This document shows, one piece after another, positions 62,377 through 64,000 of a DNA stretch of 64,000 nt (position 1 is the stretch's first letter; the number at the start of each line of letters is the position of its first letter). Source of the DNA: Macrostomum lignano (Eukaryota); assembly GCA_002269645.1 (NCBI GenBank), contig NIVC01000694.1, forward strand, positions 1 to 64,000, given 5' to 3'. The position numbers and the translations under genes are program-made. The notes beneath the pieces are model-generated. The model worked only from the letters and a program-made list of their open reading frames with translations, did not search any database and was not told the DNA's origin.

Positions 62377-63795
62377 CTATGCCTGGTAAACACTTAACAC
62401 TACACTGCTGGTTATTATACTCATATTTCGACCTCCAAATTAAGCCAAGCCTTTACAGTATTTAAATTTACTTTTCTGATTTACTTTTGATTTACTTCAT
62501 AGATACAAGTACCATGTCATACAAAATATTTACTCAATTTTGCCCTTGCAGTTGCATATTATGAGCTGTGCATCTTTGTGCCTGGTTTATTTTTCCATTT
62601 CTGAAACATCAAACATTGCAAAAAACCAATTCAAAAACAAAGAACATTTTCTATTTTCTACATCAGTATGTATAAATAATGTATCTATACATTGCTCTTT
62701 TAATGTTTCAATGCACTGTATATATATTATAAATTACATCTTACATTCTTTGCAAGTCAAAACAGTTGAAAGTTCACATTTCAGATCTGTGAAACAAAAT
62801 AAAATTCATTTGAAATGAAAAAAAGTCTTGTCTTTTTTATTTACTAAGGTGAAAGAGAAGTTATTAACTTTGAGTTATTTATAAGAAAGACATCACCAGC
62901 AAAAATTAAGGTAGTGCCAATGAGTCTTGAAGTGCTAGTGTCAGCCAGCAAGCAGTTAAAGAACTGCAGTTGCTCATCTTGAATGCAGTGCACAGTAGAA
63001 TAGCCTCAAAGCTTGATGTTGTCTGGTTACTAGAGCACAGCAATCTTCTGTATGTTGACAACCAAACCAATTGCCAGCACAAAACCAACCAGCCTGCCTA
63101 GCTTTTTGGGTGGCAGGCTAGGTCACTGAGTTGTGACAAGTGAGCAGGACATGGAATGCCATAATGCAATCATTAGGTTGATCAAACATGAAGCATTCGC
63201 CAATACACAGCTAGTAGATAAGCTCAGAATGTAGGCTGAAAATCAGGCAGTGGCAATTGAAGCTTGTTGCTGGCAGCTGAAACAAAATATGTTGAAATAT
63301 AAAGAATTTAATTGTTCAGGGTTAATGCAAAAATAAATATTATCAAAGGTTGTCAATTGTATTTTAATATATAAGTCAACATAAAAAAAAGCTAATACAT
63401 AAGCAAAAGGTACAAAAATTCAATTAGAAGTTTTACTACTATATGATGTAAATTTTTAGCTAAAAAAGTAATTTAAACTTAAAATAGTACACATATAAAA
63501 CTATTTTAACAAATTCCTTTTTCTTAAACTATTATTTAACATTTACCTTTTCTAACGACTAATCTATTTATTTTGTTAATTATTAATGCAAATATATTTC
63601 TTATTAACACATTTTAACCTATAAAACTTGCAATTTAATAATAATAATAATAATAATAATATTAAAAGTTAAATACTAAAAAAATCTAGAATATTTCTTA
63701 TAGATAGGCCTACTTAGTAAAAATGGTTAGAGCTTGTTTTTGTGCCTAGGTCTATATGACTATATTCTTGGTCCTATATATGCAGGTCTAGCTTA

Positions 63796-64000
63796 AAAAA
63801 CTGATAGCTTTCTAAAGACTTGAGGCCTAGGTAAAACAAGAAAAATGAAAATGGTGGGGGCATATTGTAAATATTGTCCTTATATATTTAACTACATAGA
63901 CAGGTCTATTAGTATAGTTACTACATTGAAATGGAATTATACCTACAATAATGGCTTAATAGTACCGTAATGCAGCATTTTTATTGCAAATATACTTGAT
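63796..64000. repeat. Right arm of the long inverted repeat, truncated by the window end
   Basis: Matches 59783-59986 up to base 64000. Confidence 0.92.

Overview
Eukaryotic (animal) genomic DNA, not prokaryotic. GC-rich intronless genes sit among many unrelated minisatellites; this architecture resembles the flatworm Macrostomum, but the organism is my inference. From left to right: (1) an intronless Shaker-type Kv channel on the minus strand, broken by four single-base frameshifts and with a shortened S4; (2) large tandem arrays; (3) a two-exon IFI6/IFI27 (ISG12)-family gene with a signal peptide; (4) mariner and LINE debris; (5) a disrupted ~1,500-codon intronless ORF of unknown family with repeated CBM20-like beta-sandwich units, interrupted by a (GTCT)n tract flanked by a duplicated target; (6) six co-oriented intronless minus-strand genes that look like an operon (MyTH4-FERM, TMEM101, NDUFA1, KIAA1328/hinderin-like, C2H2 zinc finger, HDHD3-like), the last lacking a usable genomic ATG; (7) a full-length but decayed Gypsy (Mag-like) LTR retrotransposon; (8) an AT-rich right end with a CORE-like SINE, a ClyA/ApoL-like helical hairpin gene, three copies of a ~170-bp palindrome in two inversion isomers, and a >=204-bp inverted repeat running off the window. 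No CRISPR, rRNA or intact tRNA gene was found. All family assignments are by eye from remembered motifs; no database search was run.
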